A stretch of 64,000 nucleotides of DNA from Bdellovibrionota bacterium FG-1 (GCA_051382295.1 JBBCAW010000008.1:1-64000), one strand, 5' to 3'; shown: positions 19,917 to 30,475, counted from the stretch's first letter. Program-made: numbers and translations. Notes: generated by a model not told the origin, from the letters alone.

Positions 19917-20899
19917 TCACCCAACTCTCTTTTAAGCGGCGTCTGCCCGCCCAACAAACCAGCATATCTGGTGGCAACTTCGTCCACATCCTTTTCAATG
20001 AGCCCCGACAAAATCAGCGTCCCTCCCGGGCGCTGGACGCGCGCCACGAGCTCTGACGCAAATTCCAAAAGTACCGGTTTCAAAATATTAGCGATCACGA
20101 CCTGAAAATGCCCGTGAGATACCCCATCCGAGGCCTCCAGCGTTTGCGAATACGTAATCCGCCCTGCGACGTCATTGAGCTGCGCGTTTTCAATCGCGTT
20201 ATCGATTGCCAAAAGATCGACTTCAACCCCTTGGACCTGAGCCCCCAAGAGTGCCGCACCCACGGACAAGATCCCCGAACCGCTGCCAAAATCAAGCACT
20301 CGAGTCCCTTTTAAAGGGCGTCGGAGCGAACACTCCCCCAGCGCCTGAAGACACATCTGAGTGGTCTCGTGAGTTCCTGTGCCAAAGCCCGCTCCGGGGT
20401 TGATGCGCAAAACCACATCTCCCGGCGTGACACCCGCTTGGCTAGCAGAAACCCAAGGTGGAAGAATTCTCCAAAACGGCTGAACCTGAACCCCCCCTGG
20501 ATTCGCTAAAAAGGAGGCCTTCCATTGAGCATCCCAATCTTCAGCTTTTTGCTCGTGAATGCCTTGGGTGACAAGCTCAGGCATCTTCTGAAGCCGTGCC
20601 TGCGCGGCCATGGCCTGCTCCTGGGTTCCAAAATAAAGCTCGGCCTCGGCAATTTCTTGAGCCGCCATCCAATCCCGTTCGCGCGGAGCTTCGCCCGAAT
20701 CCACCGTCCAGGCCTCGGCCTCTAGCCCGGCTTGAGCGGCGTCCTCGCACAGCAGGGTTCCTTCATGGACGCCTTGAAGCCCATGACTGCCAAACTCCTG
20801 CCAAAGCCAAGCATAAAACTCTTCGCGGTCGAGCGAGCTTTCTTCAACCTGAATTTTTTGCGGAATCGCTAACCGCAACACATAAGTGGCCTGAGACAT
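19886..20899 (-). CDS. prmA: Ribosomal protein L11 methyltransferase
   Basis: INPGAGFGTGTHETT, LDFGSGSGILS, ANIL and LILSG. Likely ATG at 20899, next to the rne stop. Confidence 0.9.
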   Translation of the reverse strand: MSQATYVLRLAIPQKIQVEESSLDREEFYAWLWQEFGSHGLQGVHEGTLLCEDAAQAGLEAEAWTVDSGEAPRERDWMAAQEIAEAELYFGTQEQAMAAQARLQKMPELVTQGIHEQKAEDWDAQWKASFLANPGGVQVQPFWRILPPWVSASQAGVTPGDVVLRINPGAGFGTGTHETTQMCLQALGECSLRRPLKGTRVLDFGSGSGILSVGAALLGAQVQGVEVDLLAIDNAIENAQLNDVAGRITYSQTLEASDGVSHGHFQVVIANILKPVLLEFASELVARVQRPGGTLILSGLIEKDVDEVATRYAGLLGGQTPLKRELGEWRALVWECL

Positions 20900-20900
20900 C

Positions 20901-23894
20901 TCACGCTGGAGGAGTTGAGTGATCCCCACCGCCTCCGTTGCCCTCACTGTTGCTACCACCGCCAGACGAAGGATTCTCCGGTGGATTGGGTATCACCACC
21001 GGTAAATTCGAAGTTTGAGAGCCCTCAACAATCACCGGTAACGCCGAAGGATTGATAGGACTGACGCCCAAAGGCAGAATTTTAGGTCGACCTCCTGCTT
21101 TCGGACCACTCGGACTTCTTGGCTCCACGTCCCGACGCTGACGACCGCCGCCGCGCCGACCGCGACGTCCCCGCCGACCGTCCGGATCTTCGTCTCCGGC
21201 ACCGGCCGGAGGATTTCGACCACTCACCGGCCGACGATTCACCTCGGCAGGCGTGCCACCGCCCGCCCCCAGACGTGCCAAAGCCGCATCTTGAGTCGCT
21301 TGGGCCCGTAAAAAAGCCAATCGATCTTCTTCGCTGTAATCATCATCCATGGGGCCACGCCCCTCGGTCTGAGGTGTCTCGCCCTCTAAAACCGGAGAAA
21401 CAGAAGAAGAAGGAGTGGCCGAAGCCACAGGATTGACCCCATTAACCGGAGTAATCGGAGTAATTCGAGGCACCACGAGCGCCACCGGTCCAACGGACTC
21501 GGATGAGCCTGGCCCGGCATAGGCCATACCATCCACGGCTGGCGATCGAGGCTGAACCACGCCTGGGGAGCGATTCCGGTCGGACCCTCGGTTTCGATTA
21601 CGGCCGCGATCCCGATCGCGTCCATTCTCCCGATCCGTTTGAGGCAGAACGCGGTCGCCCTTGTCCTGTTTGTCGCCGATGACTTCAAACCTCTCCAAAT
21701 GGAAGTCCGGCATGGCCTGCAAATAGATTTGCTTGCGATAGCGCCGCTCGAGCTGATCCACGGTCTCGCGCTCATCAATGGCCAAAATATCGATCACATC
21801 CGGATGAGCCTGGATCAACACTTTTCCAAATTCGCGTTCGATCCCGATTCGTTCGATTTCGCGAAAAATTTCGTAAGCAAGCGTGAGCTTGCCCTTAACG
21901 AACCCTTTGCCCTCACAATGAGAACAGCTGTCGCAAAGCGCGCGGACCATCGTATCGCGCGTGCGTTTACGAGTCATTTCAACCAATCCCAACTCCGAAA
22001 TCTTGAGAATCGTGGGTCGCGCCCGATCCTTTTTCAAGGCCTCTTCGAGCGCTCGATAAACGCGCTGTTTGTTTTCTTCTTTTTCCATGTCGATGAGATC
22101 TAAAATAATAATCCCACCGCAATTGCGTAGCCGCAGCTGATAGGCGATCTCGAGGACTGCCTCGAGATTGGTTTTAAGAATCGTGTCTTCGAGATTCTTT
22201 TTACCCACAAACCGGCCCGTATTCACGTCAATCGCAACCAGCGCCTCCGCCTGATCGACCACAAGATAACCGCCCGACTTGAGCCATACCTTGCGTTCCA
22301 ACGCGCGCGCCAGTTCAATCGAAATATTGTAGGCGTCAAAAATCGGCACATCACCGTGATAGAGTTCCACCTTTTGCTTGAGCAGCGGCATGAAGTGCGA
22401 AACAAACCGCTGAATTTCGTTATAGTGATAACGAGAGTCCACGACGATCTTATCGATATCCTCCGTCACCCAATCGCGAATGGCGCGAAGCACCGAGTTG
22501 AGGTCTTCATAAACCAGCGCAGGGGCCGTGACTTGCGAAGCTTTTTCACGAATTTCGCCCCACAAACGGCTCAAATATTCCACATCCTGCTTAATCCGTT
22601 TTTCGCTTTGGCCGCGACCGCTGGCGGTGCGAACAATAAAACCTAAACCCTTGGGCCGACTCCGCTCGACATATTCACGAAGCTTGCGACGTTCATCATC
22701 GCGCTCAATTCTGCGCGAAACGCCGACGTGATCAATCGTGGGCATACAGACCAAGTGGCGCCCCGGAAGACTGATATGGCAAGTTAACCGTGCGCCTTTA
22801 GTGGCAATGGGATCCTTCGCCACCTGCACGATGACTTCTTGTCCTTCTTTCAATAAATCTTGGATATTGGCCTGCCCTCTCGGAGGTTTTCCGGAAGGTT
22901 TGGACTTGATACGCCGATCTTTTGAACGGGGCTCTTTAAACTCCGGACGCCTGGCGGCTTGAATCACGGAAACCGGCCGAACCGGATTACCTGAGTTGAC
23001 CTCAGTAGGTCGTCCCTCTTGGCCAATCGACTCTGCGCCCGCAGAACTCGACAAAGCATCATTGATGCCGACTTGGTCACTTAAGGCCGATCGATCTGAA
23101 TCGCCCTCTCCATCATCAGCGACCTGTTCGTGCATCGAATCAGGAAGGGTCTCGCTCGCCGCAGACACCGGCGTGATCTGCGTTTGCGCTGGCTTTTCAA
23201 GCTGAGCATCACGTGGGGCGCGCTTCCTAAAACGGCCGCCGCGACGGCCTCGACGATGACGGCGCGGCCGCCCCGCCTCATCTCCACCTTCCGCCCCCCC
23301 CTCTGAACCCTCACTCGGGGACGCCGCGGTCTCAGGCGCAAGGGTACCTTCGGGCTTTTCATCTGAACCACCAGGAGCGTCAGACGAATGGCCAGATGAG
23401 TCATCCGATCCGTCGCCGGGAGGAGGACACATTCCTACTGGCTCACCGCTGCCCTCGTCAGAATCTTCTTCATCCCCTGGCTCAACATCAACCTGAGTGG
23501 CGATATCGTCCATTTCGTCATCCACATCCTCACCACCGACAGCAACAGGCGAAATTAAGGGCTCAGGATTGGGCACCGGACCCGACTCCGACTCCGACTC
23601 TTCGATCGATTGAACAACTTCGCCAACCTCAGACGTCTCGCCTTCTTCAGCTTCCCAAATTTCCGAATGAACATGGACATCGTCCACATACAAAAACGCA
23701 GCCTTTTCTAACCCAATATCTACAAACGCAGCCTGCATCCCAGGAAGAACCCGGGTCACGCGGCCTTTGTAAATATTTCCAACGATCCCTTTTCCAGTGG
23801 CTCGTTCAATCAGAAGATCTTGGATCTCCCCGTTTTCCATTAACGCGATGCGCGTTTCCGGCAGTGAAGCATTGATAATTAGCTCTGTTGACAT
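20901..23894 (-). CDS. rne: Rne/Rng-family ribonuclease with a large S1 insertion and a disordered C-terminus
   Basis: GNIYKGRV..VLPGMQAAFVDIG, QVAKDPIATKGARLT, AIDVNTG, GGIIILDLIDM and CSHCEG motifs. Confidence 0.92.
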   Translation of the reverse strand: MSTELIINASLPETRIALMENGEIQDLLIERATGKGIVGNIYKGRVTRVLPGMQAAFVDIGLEKAAFLYVDDVHVHSEIWEAEEGETSEVGEVVQSIEESESESGPVPNPEPLISPVAVGGEDVDDEMDDIATQVDVEPGDEEDSDEGSGEPVGMCPPPGDGSDDSSGHSSDAPGGSDEKPEGTLAPETAASPSEGSEGGAEGGDEAGRPRRHRRGRRGGRFRKRAPRDAQLEKPAQTQITPVSAASETLPDSMHEQVADDGEGDSDRSALSDQVGINDALSSSAGAESIGQEGRPTEVNSGNPVRPVSVIQAARRPEFKEPRSKDRRIKSKPSGKPPRGQANIQDLLKEGQEVIVQVAKDPIATKGARLTCHISLPGRHLVCMPTIDHVGVSRRIERDDERRKLREYVERSRPKGLGFIVRTASGRGQSEKRIKQDVEYLSRLWGEIREKASQVTAPALVYEDLNSVLRAIRDWVTEDIDKIVVDSRYHYNEIQRFVSHFMPLLKQKVELYHGDVPIFDAYNISIELARALERKVWLKSGGYLVVDQAEALVAIDVNTGRFVGKKNLEDTILKTNLEAVLEIAYQLRLRNCGGIIILDLIDMEKEENKQRVYRALEEALKKDRARPTILKISELGLVEMTRKRTRDTMVRALCDSCSHCEGKGFVKGKLTLAYEIFREIERIGIEREFGKVLIQAHPDVIDILAIDERETVDQLERRYRKQIYLQAMPDFHLERFEVIGDKQDKGDRVLPQTDRENGRDRDRGRNRNRGSDRNRSPGVVQPRSPAVDGMAYAGPGSSESVGPVALVVPRITPITPVNGVNPVASATPSSSVSPVLEGETPQTEGRGPMDDDYSEEDRLAFLRAQATQDAALARLGAGGGTPAEVNRRPVSGRNPPAGAGDEDPDGRRGRRGRRGGGRQRRDVEPRSPSGPKAGGRPKILPLGVSPINPSALPVIVEGSQTSNLPVVIPNPPENPSSGGGSNSEGNGGGGDHSTPPA

Positions 23895-23948
23895 AAAACT
23901 CCCTAACTCAAAAAGCGCCTAAAAACGTGCAGTTAGCACGTCAAAAGG

Positions 23949-24407
23949 TCACCAGTTTAGGGAAACAACAGGCATCCAAAACCGTGTCGGTTCAACGGGA
24001 GGCAAAACAGCGGCCAAACTGACAGCCCCTCTGAATCCCGTTTCCAAGTTGAGATGATGAACGTTAGAGGCGCTTGACCTCCGCAATTGTGTCGTGGACC
24101 CGGGTTGTCGAAATTCGACATAATCATCAAACCCGTCCTGCACAGGCCTTCCCATGAGACCGTAAACCAGAATCCCGATACCCACTACGGCGCCAATTGA
24201 GGCCCCATAAGCGGTATTCATCAGATGTTTTCCTGGTTGATCATAAAAAGGCAACGTCGAGGCTCCCAAAACCGTACCCACGGCAATACTGACGCCCATG
24301 GTTTCCAAAATTAAATTTCCAGAATTGGCGCGCGCCATACGCGGCGCGGAAAGAGGTACTCCTAGCAATCCGAATGCGGCTAACAAAATTCCTAATCTCT
24401 GGGGCAT
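23949..24407 (-). CDS. Hypothetical membrane or secreted protein
   Basis: Signal-like N-terminus and two Gly-rich TM helices (GTVLGASTLPF; GASIGAVVGIG). The start is uncertain. Confidence 0.6.
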   Translation of the reverse strand: MPQRLGILLAAFGLLGVPLSAPRMARANSGNLILETMGVSIAVGTVLGASTLPFYDQPGKHLMNTAYGASIGAVVGIGILVYGLMGRPVQDGFDDYVEFRQPGSTTQLRRSSASNVHHLNLETGFRGAVSLAAVLPPVEPTRFWMPVVSLNW

Positions 24408-24502
24408 CCGCAATGCGTCAAACCTACCAATCCACCTCCAAAGGTAACGAAACAAGCTTAACACTTCAAGCAAAAAGTATAAACAGGACCGTTATTTGAA
24501 AT

Positions 24503-24531
24503 TTGCCCGACCTAAATCACTCATGTATAAG
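24503..24531 (+). promoter_or_regulatory. sigma70-type promoter of the deo operon
   Basis: TTGCCC-N17-TATAAG, ending 7 nt before the ATG at 24539. Confidence 0.55.
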
Positions 24532-24538
24532 GCTAACC

Positions 24539-25780
24539 ATGACTCTTTCTCGCAGCGCTGCCTTTGATCGTGTCGTCTGGATTGTGCTCGACGGAGTGGG
24601 CGCAGGTGAACTCCCTGATGCGTGCGACTACGGCGACTCAGGCTCCAATAGCCTAGGTAACGTCGCAAAAGCCCTAAAGACAAAGACCGGGAGGCTTCTA
24701 CAAATCCCTCACATGGAAGCCATGGGCATCGGAAATATTACTTCCATTGAAGGGGTCCCTCCACGGTGGGACGGAAAAGGCGAAGGAGCCTTTGGCCGTG
24801 CGCTCGAACTCTCCACCGGAAAAGACACGACCTCCGGCCACTGGGAAATGGCAGGCTTGGTGGTTAAGAAAGCCTTTACGACGTACCCCAATGGTTTTTC
24901 AGCTGAGATCATTGATCGATGGTGTCGAGAAAATAACCTTCCAGGTGTCCTCGCCAATAGATCGGCCAGCGGCACTGAAATCATTAAAGAACTCGGCACT
25001 GAGCATGTCCAAACTGGAAAACCCATTCTCTACACCAGCGCGGATAGCGTGTGGCAAGTCGCCGCTCACGAAGAATCCTTTGGCCTCGAACGACTTTATT
25101 CGATTTGCAAATCAGCCCGTAAACTCTGCAACGAATTGCAGATCAGCAGAGTGATTGCGCGCCCTTTTGTCGGCAACCCTTCGCAAGGAATCCCCTACAA
25201 AAGAACTTATCACCGCAAAGATTATTCGCAGTTGCCCTTTGCCCCCACCTACCTCGACCACCTCCACCATCAAGGTATACCGACCTTGGGTATAGGTAAA
25301 ATTTCAAACATCTACGCAGGACAAGGGATTGCCAAAAATATTGATACCGAAGGTAATACCGATGGTCTGCGCGTTTTACTTGAGCAATTAGACAGCCAAA
25401 CCCGTGGCCTGCTTTTTTGCAATCTCATTGATTTTGACATGCTTTACGGGCACCGCCGTGACATCGAAGGTTATGCTTTGGCCCTCGAAGAATTTGATCG
25501 CACGATTCCCGAAATTAAAAAACGTATGAACTCCCGAGATCTTCTCCTCATTGTTTCAGACCACGGCAATGATCCGACTTTTATAGGAACCGATCATACT
25601 CGTGAATATATTCCACTTCTGGCCTACACTCCCGCAGCTCCCGGAGGCCCCATCGACCTGGGTACTCGTCAGAGCTTTGGCGACGTGGGCGCGACAGTCA
25701 TCCACGCCCTGTTAGGACAGTCTGCGACTTTAAAGGGTCTGGCTGGCTCTTCATTTTTACCAGAAATGGAAATCGCATGA
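24539..25780 (+). CDS. deoB: Phosphopentomutase
   Basis: VLDGVGAGELPDA, GKDTTSGHWE, YTSADSV, DFDMLYGHRRD and SDHGNDPT..GTDHTRE motifs. Confidence 0.95.
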   Translation: MTLSRSAAFDRVVWIVLDGVGAGELPDACDYGDSGSNSLGNVAKALKTKTGRLLQIPHMEAMGIGNITSIEGVPPRWDGKGEGAFGRALELSTGKDTTSGHWEMAGLVVKKAFTTYPNGFSAEIIDRWCRENNLPGVLANRSASGTEIIKELGTEHVQTGKPILYTSADSVWQVAAHEESFGLERLYSICKSARKLCNELQISRVIARPFVGNPSQGIPYKRTYHRKDYSQLPFAPTYLDHLHHQGIPTLGIGKISNIYAGQGIAKNIDTEGNTDGLRVLLEQLDSQTRGLLFCNLIDFDMLYGHRRDIEGYALALEEFDRTIPEIKKRMNSRDLLLIVSDHGNDPTFIGTDHTREYIPLLAYTPAAPGGPIDLGTRQSFGDVGATVIHALLGQSATLKGLAGSSFLPEMEIA

Positions 25781-27108
25781 AACTTTCTCCTGCGTGGGTC
25801 ATTCAAAAAAAACGGGATGGACAAGAGCTAGATCCAGTAGAAATCCAAGAATTCATCCACGGCGTCACCACGGGCGAAATTCCGGATTATCAAGCCACCG
25901 CCTTCTTGATGGCGGTTTTTTTTAAAGGAATGACCGCCGCAGAAACCAGCGCCCTCACTCAAGCGATGCTCAAAAGCGGCGAACACTATTCACTGAGCGC
26001 CGTCAAGGGGCCTAAGGTCGATAAACATTCCACCGGCGGCGTCGGCGATAAGGTCTCGATTATTCTCGCGCCACTCGCGGCCGCCTGCGGAATCAAAGTA
26101 CCGATGATGGCCGGACGCGGCCTTGGACATAGCGGCGGAACACTCGACAAGATGGAAGCGATCTCGGGCTTTGAGGTTCAGGTTCCCTTTCCACGTTTTG
26201 TCGAAATCCTTCAAAGCGTGGGTTGCGCGATCATCGGCCAAAGCGCAAAAATTGCGCCAGCCGACAAAAAACTCTATGCTTTGCGAGATGTCACGGCCAC
26301 CGTTGAGTGCATCCCCCTCATTGTCGCCTCCATTCTTTCAAAAAAAATTGCGGAAGGAACAGACGCGCTTATTTTGGACGTAAAAGTGGGCAACGGCGCG
26401 TTCATGAAAACCCGGGATCAGGCTCGTAAACTTGCGCAAGCGCTCACCCGTTGTGCAAAAAAACTAGGTCTCCCTTGCCGCGCTATACTCACTAACATGG
26501 ATCAACCCCTGGGCCGCAGCGTCGGAAACGCCCTAGAAGTCGCGGAGTGTATCGCTGTGTTACGTAATGAAAAATACGGCCAACTCTGCTGCTCCGACCT
26601 CAAAGAGCTCACGATTCAACTTTGTGCGCAAATGTTAGTGCTGGGCAAAGTGAGCAAAAATATCGCCGAAGCCAGAAAACTCACCATCACCCGATTAGCG
26701 GATGGCAGCGCGTGGAAATGCTTTGAGGCCATGGTCAAGGCCCAAGGCGGCGATCTTTCTCAGATCCAAAACCCTAAACTCCTCCCAACGGCGCCCCTTC
26801 AATTGGAATGGAAAGCTAAAAAGCGCGGCTACATTTCGAAAATGAATACCGAAACCATTGGGCGTATCCTCATTGAACTCGGAGGGGGACGCAAAAAAGC
26901 CACTGATCACGTTGATCACGCCGTGGGACTTGTCTTGAGTCGAAAACTGGGCGCACGCGTGGCCATAGGCGACACCATCGCGATCATTCACGCACCGGAG
27001 TCGATATCCAAAGATCGTTTAGCGGAAATCGAAACCCTCTTTCAAAGTTCAATTGAAATCACGGCCGTTCGCAAGCCGGTTCCCAAACTCATCATAGAAA
27101 TAATTTGA
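25777..27108 (+). CDS. deoA: Thymidine/pyrimidine-nucleoside phosphorylase
   Basis: DKHSTGGVGDK, GRGLGHSGGTLDK and ALRDVTATV motifs. Confidence 0.95.
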   Translation: MKLSPAWVIQKKRDGQELDPVEIQEFIHGVTTGEIPDYQATAFLMAVFFKGMTAAETSALTQAMLKSGEHYSLSAVKGPKVDKHSTGGVGDKVSIILAPLAAACGIKVPMMAGRGLGHSGGTLDKMEAISGFEVQVPFPRFVEILQSVGCAIIGQSAKIAPADKKLYALRDVTATVECIPLIVASILSKKIAEGTDALILDVKVGNGAFMKTRDQARKLAQALTRCAKKLGLPCRAILTNMDQPLGRSVGNALEVAECIAVLRNEKYGQLCCSDLKELTIQLCAQMLVLGKVSKNIAEARKLTITRLADGSAWKCFEAMVKAQGGDLSQIQNPKLLPTAPLQLEWKAKKRGYISKMNTETIGRILIELGGGRKKATDHVDHAVGLVLSRKLGARVAIGDTIAIIHAPESISKDRLAEIETLFQSSIEITAVRKPVPKLIIEII

Positions 27109-27127
27109 AGTTATTTTAGGAGATATC

Positions 27128-28000
27128 GTGATCGAATCCAACAGCACCGTTTATCAAAAACTTCGCGAGGCCACTGCTCTCATTCAGAGCCGAACCTCAC
27201 TCAAACCCAAGGTGGCCGTTATTTTAGGCTCTGGCTTAGGGTCGCTCGCTCATCAAGCCAAGGATGCGGTGGCCATTTCTTACACGGATATCCCCCATTT
27301 TCACGGAACGACGATCGAAGGGCATGCGGGCCGCATGATGATCGGAAATTTTCATGGAGTCCCCACGGTTTTTCTTCAAGGCCGCTTTCATTATTACGAA
27401 GGCTACCCCATGGAAGAAGTCGTTTTTCCGACCCGCGTTGTTTGTGCGCTCGGAATTGAGACTTTGATCCTGACCAACGCGGCCGGAGGGGTCAATACCC
27501 GCTTTAGACCCGCGGATCTCATGATCATCGAAGATCACATCAATCTCATGGGCGACAACCCACTCAAAGGCCCTCATTTGAGCGAACTCGGACCCCGCTT
27601 TCCTGATTTGACTGAAGCCTACTTCAAAGTGGGGGTTGCCACGCTGAAAGAGGTCGCTGCCGAAATTGGCATCCCGATTCACTGTGGCGTATACGCCGGC
27701 CTGGTGGGTCCCACCTATGAAACCCCCGCCGAGATCCGAATGTTACGCACACTCGGAGCCGACGCCATCGGGATGTCCACGGTTCCTGAGACGATCGCAG
27801 CCAATCACCTGGGCGTTCGGGTGGCGGGAGTCAGTTGCATTACCAATCTGGCGGCGGGCCTCTCGCCCAATAAACTCACCCACGCGGAAGTCATCGAAAA
27901 TTCTAAAATAGGTGCGGAACAAATGGGCAAACTTCTTGAAAAAGCCATTCCCCGCCTCATTCATACCCCGGGGCAGTCTTCTGAAAAGGCAAAAACATGA
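27128..28000 (+). CDS. punA: Purine-nucleoside phosphorylase (trimeric type)
   Basis: ILGSGLG, GRFHYYEG, TNAAGG, GPTYETPAE and GMSTVPE motifs. Confidence 0.95.
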   Translation: MIESNSTVYQKLREATALIQSRTSLKPKVAVILGSGLGSLAHQAKDAVAISYTDIPHFHGTTIEGHAGRMMIGNFHGVPTVFLQGRFHYYEGYPMEEVVFPTRVVCALGIETLILTNAAGGVNTRFRPADLMIIEDHINLMGDNPLKGPHLSELGPRFPDLTEAYFKVGVATLKEVAAEIGIPIHCGVYAGLVGPTYETPAEIRMLRTLGADAIGMSTVPETIAANHLGVRVAGVSCITNLAAGLSPNKLTHAEVIENSKIGAEQMGKLLEKAIPRLIHTPGQSSEKAKT

Positions 28001-28407
28001 CCACCGTCCCATCCGATCTCTACCAAGCGGCCTGTGCCGCCCGGCAAAACGCTTATAGCCCCTACAGCCATCACAAAGTGGGAGCGGCGATTCGTACGAT
28101 AGACGGCAAGCTATTTTCTGGGTGCAATGTCGAAAACTCCTCCTACGGCGGCACGGTGTGCGCGGAACGCACGGCCATTTTCAAAGCCGTCAGTGAGGTC
28201 GGGCCAGGCATGCGAATCGCCGAAGTGGTCGTCGTCACTGACGCCACTCCGCCATGGACTCCTTGCGGTTTTTGCCGCCAAGTTCTCGTTGAATTTGCGT
28301 CGGCCGAAACGCTGGTGCATTCCACCAACCTCTCCGGTCAAGCCAACACCCTGCGCTTAGGTGAACTTTTGCCGGAAGCCTTTACGTCGGCTCATCTTCA
28401 AAAGTAA
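27997..28407 (+). CDS. cdd: Cytidine deaminase
   Basis: AYSPYS, GCNVENSSYG..CAER and PCGFCRQ motifs. Confidence 0.95.
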   Translation: MTTVPSDLYQAACAARQNAYSPYSHHKVGAAIRTIDGKLFSGCNVENSSYGGTVCAERTAIFKAVSEVGPGMRIAEVVVVTDATPPWTPCGFCRQVLVEFASAETLVHSTNLSGQANTLRLGELLPEAFTSAHLQK

Positions 28408-28409
28408 AA

Positions 28410-29810
28410 ATGGCCAACCCAACCGGAAACGAAACTTGGATTTTCAACGGAACCGTTTGCACTCAAGACGAAAAACGCCGGGTTCTTCGCGCGCACCTTC
28501 GAATCCTCGATGGTAAAATTGATGCAATAACCCCTAAAAAACCCCGACGGATTTCGCCCGGCGCCGAAGTCATCGATGCCACGGGTCTCACTCTTTTACC
28601 CGGTTTTGTTCAAGCTCACATTCACCTTTGCCAGACGCTTTTTCGCAATCAAGCGGACGATCTCGAACTCTTGGATTGGCTATCCAAACGAATTTGGCCC
28701 TTGGAAGCCGCTCACACCGAAGAAACCCTGCATACAAGCGCGCTTCTGGGGATTCACGAACTTCTCGCCTCGGGCACCACCTGTATCTTGGATATGGGAA
28801 CCGTTCGGCATACTGAAGCCATTTTTGAAGCGGTCCGCGAAAGTGGCATTCGAGCGAGCGTGGGCAAGTGTTTAATGGATCATCCTCAAACCACCCCCCC
28901 CAGCCTCCGAGAAGCCACGCGCGACGCCTTGGACGAAGCCTCCGCCCTCTTTGACCGATGGAATGGCCGCGAAAACGACCGAATTCGGGTGTCCTATGCT
29001 CCTCGTTTTGTGATTTCCTGCACCGAAGGCCTCCTCACCGAAGTCACACTCCGAGCAAAAGAGCAGAAGGCGCTGATTCACACCCATGCCAGCGAGAATC
29101 TCAAAGAAATTCAAATGGTCAAACAGCTCGTTCATTGCGAAAATATCGAATACCTTCATCAGCTCGGCATGACTTCGCCCCGTCTAGTATTAGCCCATTG
29201 CGTGTGGCTTAAACCCAATGAAAAAGAAATTCTTCAACGGAGCGGCACCCATATCGTGCACTGTCCGAGTTCAAATATGAAGCTGGCCTCGGGCTTTGCG
29301 CATATTCCAGATTTACGCGCGCGCGGAATCAATGTCGCCCTGGGTGCGGACGGCGCACCTTGCAATAATAATCTCGATATTTTCCGCGAAATGCGCTTAG
29401 CCGCGCTGATCCACAAACCCTCGGCGGGCCCCAAAGCCATGCGCGCCCAAGAAGTATTAGACATGGCCACACGGGATGGCGCCAAGGCCCTCGGGTGGCA
29501 AAACTCGATCGGATCGATTGAGGTCGGCAAACGGGCCGACCTCGTTGCCCTGGACCTAAACACCCTGACAAACACGATTCCAGCCCGTTCGACCCTCGAT
29601 CCTGAGGCCATTGCCTCCTCCATTGTATACTCTTCCAACCCTTTTCATGTCCGTTTGACCCTCGTCGATGGAAAAGTATTGTTCCAAAAAGGACGAGTAA
29701 CCACCATTTCAGCTCGGAAATTATTGGAAAAAGTCCATCGGGCCCAAGAACAAATGGCTCAAAAAATGGATTTACCCTTTTCTCGTAAAAAACCCAGACT
29801 AAAATGTTGA
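28410..29810 (+). CDS. Amidohydrolase, 5'-deoxyadenosine/MTA-SAH deaminase family
   Basis: HIHLCQ, HTHASE, AHCVW, HCPSSNMKLASG and GADGAPCNN motifs. Confidence 0.85.
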   Translation: MANPTGNETWIFNGTVCTQDEKRRVLRAHLRILDGKIDAITPKKPRRISPGAEVIDATGLTLLPGFVQAHIHLCQTLFRNQADDLELLDWLSKRIWPLEAAHTEETLHTSALLGIHELLASGTTCILDMGTVRHTEAIFEAVRESGIRASVGKCLMDHPQTTPPSLREATRDALDEASALFDRWNGRENDRIRVSYAPRFVISCTEGLLTEVTLRAKEQKALIHTHASENLKEIQMVKQLVHCENIEYLHQLGMTSPRLVLAHCVWLKPNEKEILQRSGTHIVHCPSSNMKLASGFAHIPDLRARGINVALGADGAPCNNNLDIFREMRLAALIHKPSAGPKAMRAQEVLDMATRDGAKALGWQNSIGSIEVGKRADLVALDLNTLTNTIPARSTLDPEAIASSIVYSSNPFHVRLTLVDGKVLFQKGRVTTISARKLLEKVHRAQEQMAQKMDLPFSRKKPRLKC

Positions 29811-29843
29811 CAGCTAAAGACGTTTCGGGCAATTTGCGCGTCT

Positions 29844-30392
29844 ATGTACGCAGTCATTGAATCTGGTGGAAAACAGTATCGTGTTCAGCCCGGCGATATC
29901 GTTCAGGTCGAAAAACTTGAAGGTGATGTCGGCTCAGCAATCAAATTTGAGCAAGTTCTTTTTGCTAGCAAAGTCCTCAGCGACACCGCTGCGGAAGCAA
30001 AAGTTTGGCTCGGTAAGCCGTATCTTTCGGGCGCCCAAGTGCAAGCCGAAGTCGTCGGTCAAGGCCGTGACGAAAAGATCCTCATCATCAAGATGAAGCG
30101 CCGAAAGCAATATCGTCGCACTCAGGGTCATCGTCAATTCCAAACTCAGCTCCTCATTACAAGTGTCGATACCGGTGCTGGTGAAAAGGTGGGTTTGAGC
30201 GATGCCGACAAAAAAGCTAAATTAGGCAAATTCCATACGCAACTTACACCAAAGGGTTTGGCTAGCACACCAAAGACTCTTGGCTCTCGTGTACGTATGG
30301 CTAGAGCTCGCACCGAGGCCTACAAAGCAGGCACTGAGGACAAAGCTAAAGCTGCAACGGGAACGAAGAAGGCTTCTTCTACCAAGAAGTAA
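29844..30392 (+). CDS. rplU: 50S ribosomal protein L21 with a C-terminal extension
   Basis: MYAVIESGGKQYRV and KRRKQYRRTQGHRQ motifs. Confidence 0.97.
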   Translation: MYAVIESGGKQYRVQPGDIVQVEKLEGDVGSAIKFEQVLFASKVLSDTAAEAKVWLGKPYLSGAQVQAEVVGQGRDEKILIIKMKRRKQYRRTQGHRQFQTQLLITSVDTGAGEKVGLSDADKKAKLGKFHTQLTPKGLASTPKTLGSRVRMARARTEAYKAGTEDKAKAATGTKKASSTKK

Positions 30393-30475
30393 GTCTCATT
30401 AAACTTGACGCTCATCCTAAAAGCGCCTTTCAATGTGCGCTACTTGAGGATATGTCATGTAGAGGATTTTGATCG

